Source of the DNA: Squalus acanthias
Taxonomy: Eukaryota
Length of the DNA: 64,000 nucleotides
Direction of reading: 5' to 3'
Assembly (NCBI GenBank): GCA_030390025.1
Contig: CM059431.1
Location: 106,146,001-106,210,000 of the forward strand
Both the position numbers and the translations under genes were made by a program. Below the pieces are notes generated by a model. That model was not told the DNA's origin and did not search any database. It worked only from the letters and a program-made list of their open reading frames with translations. Shown here piece after piece: positions 48,850 to 62,870 of this stretch (position 1 is the first letter of the stretch; each line of letters starts with the position of its first letter).

Positions 48850-50815
48850 TAGAATCATAGAAAGTTACAGCACGGAAGGAGGCCATTTCGGCCCATCCTG
48901 TCCGCGCCGGCTAACAAAGAGCTATCCAGCCTAATCCCACTTCCCAGCTCTTGGTCCATAGCCCTGCAGGTTACAGCATCCCAAGTGCACATCCAAGTAC
49001 TTTTTAAATGTGGTTAGGATTTCTGCCTCTACCACCCTTTCAGGCAGTGAGTTCCAGACCCCCACAACCCTCTGGGTGAAGAAATTTCCCCTCAAATCCC
49101 CTCTAAACCGTCCACCAATTACTTTAAATCTGTGCCCCCTGGTTTTTGACCCCTCTGGTAAGGGAAATAGGTCCTTTCTATCCACTTTATCTATGCCCCT
49201 CATAATTTTATACACCTCAATAAGGTCTCCCCTCAGCCTCCTCTGTTCCCAGGAAAACAAACCCAGCCTATCCAGTCTTTCCTCATAGCTAAGATTCTCT
49301 ACTCCCGGCAACATCCTTGTAAATCTCCTCTGTACCCTCTCTAGTGCAATCACATCTTTCCTGTAATGTGGTGACCAGAACTGCACGCAGTACTCTAGCT
49401 GAGGCCTAACTAGTGTTTTATACAGTTGAAGCATTACCCCCTGCTCTTGTATTCTATGCCACGGCTAATAAAGGCAAGCATTCTGTATGCCTTCTTAACC
49501 ACCTTATCTACCTGGCCTGCTACCTTCAGGGATCTGTGGACATGTACTCCAAGGTCCCTTTGTTCCTCTATGCTACTCAGTGTCCTACCATTTAATGTGT
49601 ATTCCCTTTCCTTATTAGCCCTCCCCAAATGCATTACCTCACACTTCTCTGGATTGAATTCCATTAGCGACTGTTCTGCCCACCTGACCAATTTATTGAT
49701 ATCTTCCTGCAGTCTACAGCTTCCTTCTTCAGTATCAACCACACAGCCAATTTTAGTATCATCTGCAAACTTCTTAATCATACCCGTTATATTCAAGTCT
49801 AGATCATTGATATATACCACAAAAAGCAAGGGACTTAGTACTGAGCCCTGCAGAACCCCACTGGAAACAGCCTTCCAGTCACAAAAACACCTATCAACCA
49901 TTACCCTCTGCTTCCTGCCTCCGAGCCAGTTTTGAATCCAACTTGACACTTTGCCCTGGATCCCATGGGCTTTTAACTTTGTGACCAGTCTGCCATGTGG
50001 AACCTTATCAAAACCCTTGCTAAAGTCCATATGCACTACATCAAACACACTACCCTCATCTACCCTCCTTGTTACCTCCTCAAAAAATGCAATCAAGTTT
50101 GTCAGACACGACCTTCCCTTAACAAATCTGTGCTGACTATCCTTGATTAATCCATGTCTTTCTAAATGAAGATTTATCCTGTCCTTCAGAATTCTTTCCA
50201 ATAATTTTCCCACAACCAAGGTGAGGCTGACTGGCCTGTAATTACTTGGTCTATCCTTTTCTCCCTTTTTAAACAAGGGTACCACATTAGCAGTCCTCCG
50301 GCACCACACCTGAAGCCAGAGAGGATTGGAAAATGATGGTCAGGGCCTCTGCTATTTCCTCTTTTGCTTTGCTTAACAGCCTGGGATACATTTCATCTGG
50401 GCCTGGGGATTTATCCACTTTTAAAGCTACTAAACCCCTTAATACTTCCTCTCTCCCTATGTTTATTTCATCTAATATTTCACACTCCTCCTCCCTGATA
50501 GCAATGTTTGCTTCGCCCCTCTCCTTTGTGAAAACAGACGCAAAGTATTCATTAAGAACCCTACCGACGTCTCCCGCCTCCACACACAGATTACCCTCAT
50601 GATCTCTAATAGGCCCTGCCCTTTCTTTAGTTATCCTCTTACTCTTAATATATTTATAAAACATATTTGGGTTTTCCTTGATTTTACTTGCCAAGAATTT
50701 TTCATGTTCTTTGCTTTCCTAATATCGTTTTTAATTGCACCCCTGCACTTTCTGTACTCCTCTAAAGATTCTGCAGTATTTAGCTGTCATACGCCTCCCT
50801 TTTTTTCTTTATCCT
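48850..50815 (-). mobile_element. CR1 LINE 3' 2 kb (RT to 3' UTR), frameshifted
   Basis: KSPGPD, YRPVSLT, DFSKGFDKVPH, QGSVLSP, FADD, RPQLEYC, WNSLP; 3' UTR ends in a ttctatga-type tail. Confidence 0.95.
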
Positions 50816-51002
50816 AGCCTGTATGTCGTGAAAGGTATTATATAAATGCATGTTCCTTCTTTCTAACTGTCAATTCACTTTTGGGAAAGGCAACCTTATT
50901 ATTGCCTCACGTGCTCAATGATATCGTCAGCTCAAATGCCACAGTTAGCTATACTACCTTTTGACTTATATCTCGCCATTTCCCACCATGAAAGCACACT
51001 TA

Positions 51003-51340
51003 AGAAAGAAAGACTTGCGTTTATATAGCACCTTTCACGACTACCAGACATCCCAAAGTGCTTTACAGCCAATGAAGTACTTTTTTTGTTAAGCATAGTC
51101 ACTGTTGTAATGTAGGAAACACAGCAGCTAATTTGTGCACAGCTAGCTCCCACAAACAGCAATGTGATAATGACCAGATAATCTGTTTTTGTGATGTTGG
51201 TTGAGGGATAAATATTGGCCAGGACACCGGGGATAACTCCCCTGCTCTTCTTCAAAATAGTGCCATGGGATCTTTTACGTCCATCCGAGAGAGCAGACGG
51301 GGCCTCGGTTTAACGTCTCATCCGAAAGACGGCACCTCCG
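51003..51340 (-). mobile_element. Deu-domain SINE, 5'-truncated
   Basis: Same family. Confidence 0.82.
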
Positions 51341-54300
51341 CTTTAGCAAGCCCAGCTGCAGAAAGGTAGTGAAAACAAACTTGACTTGCATTTAAATCAA
51401 CTGCTCCAGAACTACCAAGTAACAGAAAGTGAGTTTCATGTTTCAGATGGAAATCTAGAGTTTTGCAGACACGCCTGAACCACAAAAGCAAAATTAAAAC
51501 AACTAACAAGATCCGCAGACACCCATGACTAAATAAGATTTGCACCACACTGCTGGTTGTCTGCTCCAGAATCAGCCATGATCTAATTGAACGGGGGGGG
51601 GGGAACAGGCTCGAGGGGCTGAACGGCCGACTCCTGTTCCTTCCTTTGCAGTTTTGTTTTTCTTCCAAACATGGAAGAGCACACGTTAAAAGATCTCACG
51701 GCCATACGATAATCTGACAAGGCCCATTGTTTTCAAATGGACACGTGCCACATTGTTTCTGTTACAGTGTTATTTTCTAGACATCAGCATCATGCCGCCA
51801 GCATTCTCTCCTGCTCGTGTTAACAGAACGACCTTAATGCTTTGGAGAACAGAGATATCCACAGAAAGCACTTTTCTAACAACAGAATCCGGCTGCAAAA
51901 TTTCACCCTGACACAGTCTGAGGTAGTGAAAAACTAGTATTATCACATATTACAAAAACAAAGATAAAATCTGGCTGGGTGGGAGGCCATAACAAGAAGA
52001 CTGATTGGATCAGTAAACAGTCAGCATTCTACAGTCCTTGGTGATTACTAACTGTATGATGGTACACAATAGGACCAGAGATCCGACAAAGTGATTACCA
52101 GGCCTGTCCAGCAATATTGACTATCGGTGCCAAGAGAAGATAATGTGAATTAAACCACTGGAGGGAAACCTTCCACATCGGGTTATTGAGGGACTCTCTG
52201 ATTGTCAACAAATTGTACTGTAATGAGAAACTCATCATCGCACAGTAACAGTCAACCTATTTCAGATCCCTCTACTATTTTAGTAATTGACCATTTATCA
52301 GTTCGGCTGGAGTTTCGTTCTCACTCAATAACACTGCTTATCTCAAACTTCTGTCATTGCTGTCCTCAAAGCCATTTATCATGCTTCTCAAGGTCGAATG
52401 TAACTACTACATCAGAGCATTCTTGTTGACTGATTGGTTGTGTGGTGCCTGTGTCTGTCTGGGACTGCTTAAAGTCGAGATAATTTGGCAGAGCAATAAA
52501 TGACTCGAGGAGAATTCTGGGACTGAGTTAACACAATTCATTAATTTAATGCGTTCATTAGACTTTGAAGGAATTTCTCTCCAATATCAGCTCGCGCTAA
52601 TATTTCAGGGCTGCTACAGTTCCATTTTTTTTTTTAAAAATCGGTGCGTTTACACGTCGGGAAAAAAAATGCCTCGGCTTTTTTTTTTGTAAATGGTCTG
52701 CAGCATCCTTTTTATTGTACCCACTGATACTGCAGCCGCAGAAGGGTTGTGTGGTGTGAAAAGGAGGAAGTAGATGGATGGAATGTCTTAAAACTCAAAC
52801 AGATCAATTCTCGCAAGCTTCGACCAATCTCAGCTTTTCTCCTCCCAATCACTGCCTGATAGCCTTGTCCAATGTAATGGTTTTTTTTTTATGTGCAGTT
52901 GTGTTTCGAGCTGACAGTCAATTTGCAGTGTCCCCTCCCCGCCCCCTTTCCAGTCACCAGTCCGGATTGACAAGCCTATCTGGAGAAAAATAGGAACTGC
53001 ACACTGCGCTGTGCGTCTCTCCTCGACCAAAGGGATTTGCTACTGTCTCCACGCAGATTCTGCGGTGTAATCGCAACCTTTAAACCTCTGATATTACCTT
53101 TCTCTTGCTCCACTGTCCTGGAGTCATCGGATACCTGGCACCAGGATGCATCCTCTGCAGATTAATAATTCATTCCTATTCAGCATCCTGAGTGTTCAAA
53201 GGGGATTTCCAGGCATTGTCCCAATTTACATGCTTGATGATATGCACATTCTAGTTACATCATGAGCATATGAAATGGCAAATCTAACAGCAAATCCCTG
53301 CACTGGCTGTCGATCCTACCTAGTAATGAAACACTGCTGATGTTCCCCCCTCATTCTTTTGGCTGAATGATTCTGCTCTTGCCGGCCCTGATTTTTTTCC
53401 CAGTTGTTTATCACACCACAAAACTGCTTCTACCCTCCGTGAGAGTAGAGCTGTCATTGCTATTTTTTTCTTCAGGGCACACACACACACACGTACTCTC
53501 TCCCCTGCTGTCGGAGTGAAAAGCAAAGGTGCATCGCTTTGATAAGGCTACACCTAAATCATGTGCGGATTCTCTAAGCAGCTAATTAGACGCTTCTGGG
53601 CCACTGCAAGGCAAGCTGCTGTCCATCAAATTCACTGGCCTAGTTGGCATTATCCATCTGCGTTGTGGGTTTTTTTTCCCTACGGTTTTTTGCCAGAAAT
53701 TATATGACTTTATCAGTAGTCTATTTTTTAATTTTAACTTTTTCTTGTCTGAGTGTGTGTATGACTGTCTGCAGCTGCATACCGACTAGCTAACCTATGG
53801 AAAAATGGGGGAATGGGTTGATAATTGTTATGAAGTTATCGGTGAAAATCATCTATGGGTTCAGGGCGTGTCTTTATTAGTGGAGAGTCATGATTCTCTT
53901 GACCACTCCCAATATATCCCAATGTCATTCCTGCGGGATTACCCTGAGTGCACTTAATGTATTCAACAAAGTGGCATTCTTGTTCAGGAGTTGTGAACTA
54001 CCCAAATCGCCTCTTCATATAACAAGCACACTACAGAAGTAAATCAACTTTCGGCAACTGTTTCCCCGATGAGGCATCTGCGACAGAAGCTGCTGAACTG
54101 CCGCCAGCTGTTTACGAAAGAGCAGACTTAGGAACAAGAGGTTCCAACTCTACAGCTGTTTACCATGTAAGAGAGGTGCAAACAGGAGTTTGTGAAGTGC
54201 CTACAGTTGTTTACCATAGACAGCTGTTTTCCATATAAAGAAGACACAACAGAAGCCTCAGGACAAACTACATCTGGTTACAACAGAACAACGTTGCAAG

Positions 54301-54421
54301 CGCACAGATTATATTGGGATTTTTACCTAAGGCCGGTATACTAACGTCATCTATTTTGAAACATTTGCTCTTTGCCCCTCTCTCACCCCACCAAAAGAAA
54401 ATCCAATATGACTTCTCCATT

Positions 54422-54893
54422 TGTCAGCTGTGGCTCAGTTGGTAGTGCCCTCACCTCTGAGTCAGAAGGTTGTGGGTTTAAGTCCCACTCCAGAGACTTG
54501 AGCACAAAAATCTAGGCTGACGCTCCCAGTACAGTGCTGAGGGAGTGCTACAGTGTCGGAGGTGCTGTCTTTCGGATGAGACGCTAAACTGAGGCCCCGT
54601 CTGCTCTCTCAGGCGGATGTAAAAGATCCCACGGCACTATTTCGAAGAGGAGCAGGGGATTTATCCCTGGTGTCCTGGCCAATATTTATCCCTCAATCAA
54701 CATAATTAAAAAACAGCTTATCTGGTCATTATCACATTGCTGTTTGTGGGAGCTTGCTGTGCGCAAATTGGCTGCTGCATTTCCTACATTACAACAGTGA
54801 CTATACTTCAAAAAGTACTTCATTGGCTGTAAAGTGATTTGGGACATCCAGTGGTTGTGAAAGGCGCTATATAAATACAAGTCTTTCTTTCTT
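54422..54893 (+). mobile_element. Deu-domain SINE, full length
   Basis: Same family as 23533-23997. Confidence 0.85.
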
Positions 54894-55159
54894 TTTAAGG
54901 GTGAAGCAGTCCAAGGGTACAGAAGTTCTACAACCATCACCAAAAATGCTTCATGCCCACCTGAGAGAAAAGATATTTGTATTGGGCTGACAGAAATAAT
55001 GTTGGTTCTCTCCATCAGAAGTCTCCACCATTAAACTCAGGCCCCATCCACCTGGACCAGCTGTTGAGATGGATGTAAAAGATCCCATGGTGCTGCTTGA
55101 GAAAGAGCAAGAGAGTTCTTCCAGTGCCCTGGCCAACATTCTGAGGATCTGATGACTGG

Positions 55160-55733
55160 GGAGCAAGCCTTTGTTACCTCTGGACTTGACTATTCCAATG
55201 CTCCCCTGGCCAGCCTCCCACTTTCCACCCTCCGCAACCTTGAGGTCATCCAAAACTCTGCTGCCAGTGTCCCAACTCGCACCAAATCTTGTTCACCCAT
55301 CACCCCTGTGCTCGCTGACCTACAATGGCTCCCGGTTAAGCAACGCCTCAATTTTAAAATTCTCATCCTCGTTTTCAAATCCCTCCACGGCCTCGCCCCT
55401 CCCTATCTCTGTAATCTCCTCCAGCCCCACAACCCCCCCGAGATATCTGCACTCCTCTAATTCTGCCCTCTTGTGCTCACCCGATTTTCATCGCTCCACC
55501 ATTGTGCCTTCAGCAGCCTAGACCCTAAGCTCTGGAATTCCCTCCCAAAACCACACCAACTCTCTACTTCTCTCTTCCCTCCTTTAAGACACTCCTTAAA
55601 ACCTACCTCATCTGCCCTAATATCTCCTTGTGGGGCTTGGTATCAAATTTTGTTTGACAACGCTCCTGCGATGCGCCTTGGGACATTTTACAATGTTAAA
55701 GGTGCTATATGAATGCAAGTTGTTGTTGTTGTT
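55160..55733 (+). mobile_element. L2 LINE 3' fragment
   Basis: AFVTSGLDYSNAPLAS...LADLQWLPVKQR; (gtt)n tail. Confidence 0.9.
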
Positions 55734-55774
55734 GGGGGGAGGAGTCCAAGGCAGCAGCAGTACTTCTGCTCCTC

Positions 55775-56272
55775 CAGGCGGTGCAACGAAGGTTCACGAG
55801 ATTGATCGCTGGGATGAGAAGGTTGTCCTATGAGGAGAGATTGAGTAGAATGGGCCTATACTCTCTGGAGTTTAGAAGCATGAGAGGTGATCTCATTGAA
55901 ACATACAAGATTCTGAGGGGGATTGACAGGGTAGATGCTGAGAGGTTGTTTCCCCTGGCTGGAGTGTCTAGAATTAGGGGGCATAGTCTCAGGATAAGGG
56001 GTAGGCCTTTCAAGACCGAGATGAGGAGGAATTTCTTCACTCAGAGGGTTGTGAATCTTTGGAATTCTCTGCCCCAGAGGGCTATGGAGGCTCAGGTCTT
56101 TGAGTATATTCAAGGCTGAGATAGATAGATTTTTGGACTCTAGGGGAATCAAGGGATATGGGGATCGGGCAGGAAAGTGGAGTTGAGATTGATGATTAGC
56201 CATGATCTTATTGAATGGTGGAGCAGGCTCGAGGGGCCGTATGGCCGACTCCTGCTCCTATTTCTTATGTTC
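55775..56272 (+). mobile_element. CR1 3' fragment
   Basis: AVQRRFTRLI...WNSLPQ. Confidence 0.9.
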
Positions 56273-56277
56273 TCACT

Positions 56278-56551
56278 AGGGACATTTTTTTTAAAATTAC
56301 CTTACTGGGCCTCGCTGGCTTCCCAGGTTGACCGGACAGGGTTGTGGTGGCTGGTGACCAGCTCAGGAGCTGCTTCAGATTCCATCGGGGTCCCATGTAC
56401 TTTGCGGGAGCCTGATTTGCATTTATTAATGAAGCTCCCGCCCGAGTCATGTGGGGGAATCAGGCGGTGCCAAAACCAATGGTGTGGAAACCGCAGATCA
56501 GCGAGAAGGGGGTGGAATATGGAGCCAATCAGGGCGAGTTAAAATTGCCCC
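56278..56551. mobile_element. Partial MITE-like element
   Basis: GC-rich block ending gggcgagttaaaattgcccc; left end cut by a CR1 tail. Confidence 0.4.
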
Positions 56552-57234
56552 TCAAAAGCTCCTCTGGACTGATGACTCATTATTACCTAGTAAAAAGTCC
56601 AAGAGCTCATAAACTAAGAATTCTATCCCGGTAACTTACAAATAAAAGGAACTACTGCAGAAAGATTTTGCACCGATACGGAGAGTTAAAAAGGCACACG
56701 CTGTTCAAGAGCTCACCCTTGTTAAACCAGCTGCTTCTCTGATTTTATAAGAAAATCTCAGGGTACTAATGGTACTGGTGGCAAACTTAAATATCACACC
56801 CAAGCCTCTTTTAGCAGTGACAATGATCAACAGTGAGATGGATTTGGAAAACCATTTCAAGACATGGAACTGTTTCTATCTGTAACAGTGACATCCATTA
56901 AAATAGGTCAATTTTTAAAAAAAGCAAAAGTGAAACATCCGCTTATAATGAGAGAAGCTAGCAGATGAGCTGCTGGAAGACACTTACAATTTCACTAGAT
57001 ACTATGCCTACATTTCTTCAAATGAATGAATATACACAAATAAGTAAATCTGTTTTCTGATAGTTCAGTGTCACGAAGATTTCAATAAATTACTATAAAG
57101 TGGATAATTGTGTATTAGTGCGCATGACATTACTTCATGTGGAGTTGCATTTGTGACTGAAGTCGTAACGCTTTGTAAAAATAAAAGCCTGCTGTGTACG
57201 TCTGAGATTGGGCAGACTCGAAAACTACTTCAGT

Positions 57235-57604
57235 GTTAACCTGGCTCAGTGTTAGCACTCTTGCCTCTGAGCCACCAGGCTGTGGGTTCGTGCAATACTG
57301 AGGGAGTGCTGCGTTGTCAGAGGTGCCATTGTTCAGGGAGACATTAAACTAAGGCCCCACTTTTCCTCTTCCAGATGAATAGAGCCCCTGTCACCATTCA
57401 AGGAAGAGCTGGGCGTTTCCCTGGTGCCCTGGCAAGCATGGATCCCTCAGTTAACAGACTGACTGGTCAGTTATCTCTTTGCTGTTTGTGGGACCTTGTT
57501 GGGTGCACATTGGCTACATTAAAACGGTAACTACACTTCAAAAGTAATTCATTGTGATCTTGAGGATCTGAAAGGTACTATAATAAATGCAGGTTCTTTC
57601 TTTC
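57235..57604 (+). mobile_element. Deu-domain SINE, degenerate
   Basis: Same family. Confidence 0.7.
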
Positions 57605-58289
57605 TGATCATCCAGGATGCTATTTATATTTATTGGCCTCCAAACTACAAATCTGGTACCTGCTTACCACCACATTCTGTACTCTGCAAATTTTGAAAAA
57701 ATGCTAAAGAAAGTATATTTCAAATTTTCATTGCGACTTCATTATTAACAATCCAGCACAAGAATGCTAATTTAGATATTGCAAGACCTGTCATTAGTTC
57801 AATGCTTCACTTAGTCAAACACTCGTAGGGCTCATCACTTAGCTAAGTGAGCATGCCATTTACAGCTAATTCAGCTAACTCCACTTCTTCAGCATCTTGA
57901 GCTCCAATAGAATCGCGTATGAATTATGTCATATGCTGCGTGTAGAGACAAGACCGTCTGTGAATAATTTGCTGCAGTACTGTTTGGTTTCCTGTTATTG
58001 CCTTTATATCTGGCTGCAGACCATTTCCCTAATAATATTAGTTTTCCCCCCCATCATGAGACGGAAGTCGCTAAATATTATTCAGTCAGACCATAGAGCC
58101 ATAGAGTCATACAGTCATAGACCATGTTTGAATGATGACAGCAGACAGGCTCAGAGAGACCCTCAGTGTCCAGTGCAGCAAGTTCTGTCCTTAACATTGC
58201 TTATGATGTCACAACATAAGAGGGGTATGGGAGGGAGGGGTTCCAGTTCATGGGACACTGGCACCAAGACTGGGACACCAAGGACCTGC

Positions 58290-58700
58290 TTACAGCTGGA
58301 AAAGACAAGACAAATAAGAGACCTGACAGAGGTTTTTAAAATTAGGAAGGCGTTCAATAGGGTGGATGTGGAGAAACTGTTGCTACTTGCTGGTGAGTCC
58401 AGAATAAGGGAGCATCAATATAAAATAGCCACTAACAGATCAAATAAAGAATTTAGGAAGAATGTATGTACACCGAAGGAGAGCGGTGAGAACGTGGAAC
58501 TCGTTACCACATGAAGTTAATGAAGCAGATGCATTCAAGGGGAGGCTGGAGGCATCCATGAGGGATAAGGGAATAGAGGAATACGGGGAGGGCGGGGGGG
58601 GGGGGGGGTGCACAGTGGTAGGAGTCTTCTGTGGTATATACACACCAACATAGACCAGCTGGGCTGAATGGCTGGTTTCTATGCTGTAGGTTCTATGTAA
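58290..58700 (+). mobile_element. CR1 3' fragment, degenerate
   Basis: DLTEVFKI...GESRIREH; WNSLPHEV. Confidence 0.75.
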
Positions 58701-59985
58701 TGAAATTGCCAAAAACTGAAGACTGTTTCAAACAGTGTCAGATGAGAATGAGTTAAATTTTTCCAAAATTAAATTAAGTTCTAAACAAATAATGATTATC
58801 ACACTGCATTGGAACACCATGTACGCTGCAACAGATGATCTGGATTTTTATTATTTTTCCAAAAACATGTTCTCCAGACATCTTTTAATAATACTACAGA
58901 AATTAATTGCAGCCCCCCTCCCCCTTTCTCAAGGAATAAAATGACAATTGTTTTCAAGAAAACTCGCATTTATATAGCGTCTTTCACATCCTTGGGACAC
59001 CCCAAAGTGCTTCACAGCCAATGAATCATCTTTGAAGCACAATCATTGTGTTGTGCAGGCAAACACACAGCAGCTGATTTGTGCACAGCAAGGTTCCACA
59101 TTCACCAACTAAGATAAATAACCAGTTAATCTATTTTAGTGGTGTCAGTTTCGAGAGGGCACAAGAGGTCGGGCATTTCCAACTGCCGAGAAAATCTTGC
59201 AATAATCATCCAGGGAGGGAAGATTTATAAACAATATATTTTATTTCACGGGCAACGTAGAATGGAATTTTCTTAACTGGCTCGCATTCTATTTTGACAA
59301 GCTGAGAATAAACCTTCGCAATTGAGAGAGTGGTCTTATTAAACAATCATCTAGACATGCTTCACTTAATTCGGCACAACTGCAGATAGACGAGTGCGTT
59401 TAATTCTATGGGCGATGCCGAATTCTTTCACCACTATGCAATCGGTAATTATTATCCAGCGCATGAGTGAAGAGCCTCCAGGTGTCGTGTGCAGACCTGG
59501 GACGTGACTGCTGATTAAATACATCTCTTGGATACTTTCTTTGTTATTACTAAATGAAATAGCCTTGTCTGCTTCTTATATTGCTAATAAAACAGAAATT
59601 AAGGAAAGAAAGAAATATTCCTTCGCAGGCAACTTAGCGGATGACCAACTCCAAGTTGTGCAGCGGTTTTATGTGACACTTGACCTGTGAAAGATTTATA
59701 TGAATTTTGACCTGTGGAGGGAACGGTTCTTTGGCAAGAAATAAAGTTAATCATATTAAAATAGCGACAACGCCAATTAGAAAACTGTTTCTCTGAACTA
59801 TTGACTCCGAGGTGATACAAATGACTGTCAGATACAACTTTCCCACTTACAAAAATCAATTATTTCAAGGCTGCTTTCAGAAAAATCCAAACTTACTTGC
59901 AGATGCCAAAATCAGTAGCAGGAAAAACGGAATCTATTTTCTTGCCTTACTTCAAAATGTGCTTTTTGGAAACAAGTTAACATAG

Positions 59986-60263
59986 GGGCTCAAAATTTGC
60001 GATCGGAGGTTTCCCGCGGGCGGACGCCTCTGACCTGTAAAATATCTACACATTTACCTGGTGGCCCGGGAGATACGGAGACTCGCGATCCTGGGTCTCT
60101 CCGGGTCCGCGCGGGCAAAGCCCCACGTATCCCAGGGTGCAGGCGGTTCGCAAGCGCTCCTCGGATCACGTGGGCCGACCCAACCAATAAAAGGAGGGAA
60201 CCCCCATTCATACTTATGGGAGTTCCGCACGTACGCACTCATAGGGTTCGCAAAATACGGCCC
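59986..60263. mobile_element. Short MITE family B derivative
   Basis: Termini gggctcaaaatttgcga and tcgcaaaatacggccc; left part homologous to 38870-39090; flanks tag/aag. Confidence 0.7.
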
Positions 60264-60740
60264 AAGATTTATTTTTATCATTTGTGGAAAATTGAGGTCA
60301 GCTTTTACACTACGGATTTTTATTTCATCAGGCATTATTAGATTTTTTCCCTCACTGTTTAAAGGGTATGTTGTTAAGTAGGGTATTATTTCTTGGCAGG
60401 TAATAATACTGAAATGCCAAAAACAAGCTTGTTTCTGTGCGCTGTGATGACCTGCGTTATGGGCCAAGAGCTATAGACAATAATGATTTTATTACTATAC
60501 CCTACGGAAGAAGCAAAGAAGCTTGCAAGGCTAAACCTTCCTCAGTCTGCTGAATATGCAATGAGGCCCCATTGTAACTCAGATATTAGGAATGCTCTCC
60601 CTGCATTGAGGAGTTACATCCCAATGCTAAGACATAGCCCCAATCGATACCAGGCCCAGTACCAAGCAGTTTAGTCACTCCTCTAGAGTCCTGCCCAACA
60701 AGATATCCCAAATCACCTCCGTAACTTATGGAAAGAGGGA

Positions 60741-60972
60741 ACAACAACAACAACTTGTATTTATATAGCACCTTTACCACAGTAAAACACCCAAGGCGCT
60801 TCACAGGAACGTAACCCTTTTTTGACACCGAGCCAAAGAAGGCGACATTAGGACAGGTGACCAAAAGCTTGGTCAAAGAGTTTAAGGAACATCTTAAAGG
60901 AGGAGGGAGAGGTGGAGAGGCAGAGAGGTTTAGGGAGGGAATTCCACAGCTTAGGGCCTAGGCAGCTGAAAA
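60741..60972 (-). mobile_element. L2 3' fragment
   Basis: Homologous to 19518-19760. Confidence 0.82.
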
Positions 60973-61649
60973 TGGAACTACATCTTTACCTACTCTGAGC
61001 ACCACAAGAATATGAAGACAAACCAATGACACCACCAGCCAAGGTAGGGCAGCCCCTGTATATTCTTCCAACAGCCTTCCTTCCCAACCCCATGGCAGCT
61101 GCCAACAAAACACCCTAATCCTTAAGTGTAACACTGATCTGTACAATCAGACCAACAGGCATACTGTAATGATATATACTCCTGTAAATACCATGTAAAC
61201 AAAACAAACAAAAACTGCACCAACATGAAAACCAATACAACATTTTGAGAAAATAGAAATAGTTGCAGAAATAAAAGAGTCAATTTCACCCACTTTGCAG
61301 TGTTGTTTGTGACATCAATGAAGATTATTATCTACTGACATTAATTAGCATTTCTCCAAGTGATGCCCTATAGTCAATCACGTACAGCCTTTTAGCCCAA
61401 GGGAATGAGATCATAAAACACACCACAAATATACCAGGAGAGATATTTCTAACATATAATCTGTCCTGGCAAAGGCGAGGGAGGATGGGATGACAATTTG
61501 AATCAGTTCACATTTTTCTGTCGTGCCTATAGTACAATTTATTTTCACTTAAATGGGTGTGATGTAGTGACTAGATCCACAGAACTTTCTACCGATTCCC
61601 GTAATGTTGAGTCGCAGAAACCTTTATCCGTGCTTTTATAATTCCAAAC

Positions 61650-62870
61650 TTGACATCTCCTACACCATCCTTGCCAGCCTCCCAAGCTCTACCTTACAGA
61701 GACTACATCCCGTCCAAAATACCACGCCTGTACCACGTCTCACGATGGGCCGGAATTTGCGGTGGGTTTGACGGCCTACTCTGCCTTTGAAATGCACACC
61801 GAGTTCGGGATTTCCGCCTGCGCTTGCGCTAAATTCTGAACTTGCGATCTGTCAAGTTTCGACTTGACAGGTCATCCGCACTGACCAGAAAACCTAAGTG
61901 CTGGGGCAGAGGTCAGCTAATCTGCTCACCACCTGTCCAGCAATTACGCACAGAAATTTTACGGCTGGTGGAAACAGGCGTAAGGGGATACCTCCTGACA
62001 AATCCAAGGAATTAAAAAACTTATGAGGCCGGAAATAGAAGCATTTTAGGATTTTGTCCACGGAAAGTGTTTGTCCATGAAAAGTTCGGAGGTAGCGGTT
62101 GCTACATTAATAAAAAATTTTTTTGCATCTATGCGGAGCATAAGCTTAAAAAAAAATCCAAACTGAAAGTATAGATGTTTATCCCGGAAGGCTCCAGCAA
62201 TGAGGGTTTTTTTTTTCCTTTCCGGAGATTACAAATGAATGAGAGACCCTCTGTTTGATGATTGGAGCACCAGGCCCACGTGTTTCCAGGTACGCTTCCG
62301 CACACACTGGGCTCCTGGGGTCCGTGGACCATTCCCCTGCCCTCCAGTACACAGTGTCAAACAGCAAGTTCGTGAAGGAGGGTCCCCAGCAGGTAAGTTC
62401 ACATTCTGTTCGGACGCCTACCGAGTACGCTGCCGACCGCAAAATCCAGGCAATTATGTCCTGCTTTCCTGTCACCCCTGTTCTTACCAACCTCGCAGGC
62501 TTGATTCATTAAATTCAAAAAGCTCATCCTAGTTTACAAATTTCCTTCATGTCCTCACCTCACTCTACCCCCTGCAACTCAGCTTGTGCCCCTTGATCTT
62601 CCATCTCTGGCCTCACGTGAATCTCCTTTCGCTCCACTTTGCCATCAGTGGCAGCAACGTTGGCCATCCACGTTGGCCATCCTGGGTCTGCTCTCTAGTA
62701 TTCCTTTCTGAAACCCTTTGACTTGTTCCTTGTCTCCCCACCTTTAAAAGCCCTCTTAAAGTCCATCTTTTGAACCATACCTTTGGTCCTCACTACCAAC
62801 TCTTCCACTTCTCCTCAGTGTTCATTTTCTCCGATTGAAAAGTGATAGATAAATGCAACGTCTTGTTGCG
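61650..62870 (+). mobile_element. Old L2 fragment split by a MITE
   Basis: Degenerate homology to 55175-55730 on both sides of 61747-62451. Confidence 0.55.
61747..62451. mobile_element. MITE family B copy, reversed, inserted in an L2 fragment
   Basis: Termini gggccggaatttgcgg and ccgcaaaatccaggc; shares gcgatctgtcaagtttcg with the minus strand near 39430; flanks gat/aat. Confidence 0.7.

Noticed and set aside
57897..58514. 205-aa ORF
   Set aside because: Non-ATG start, no recognisable domain, and the 3' part is CR1-derived.
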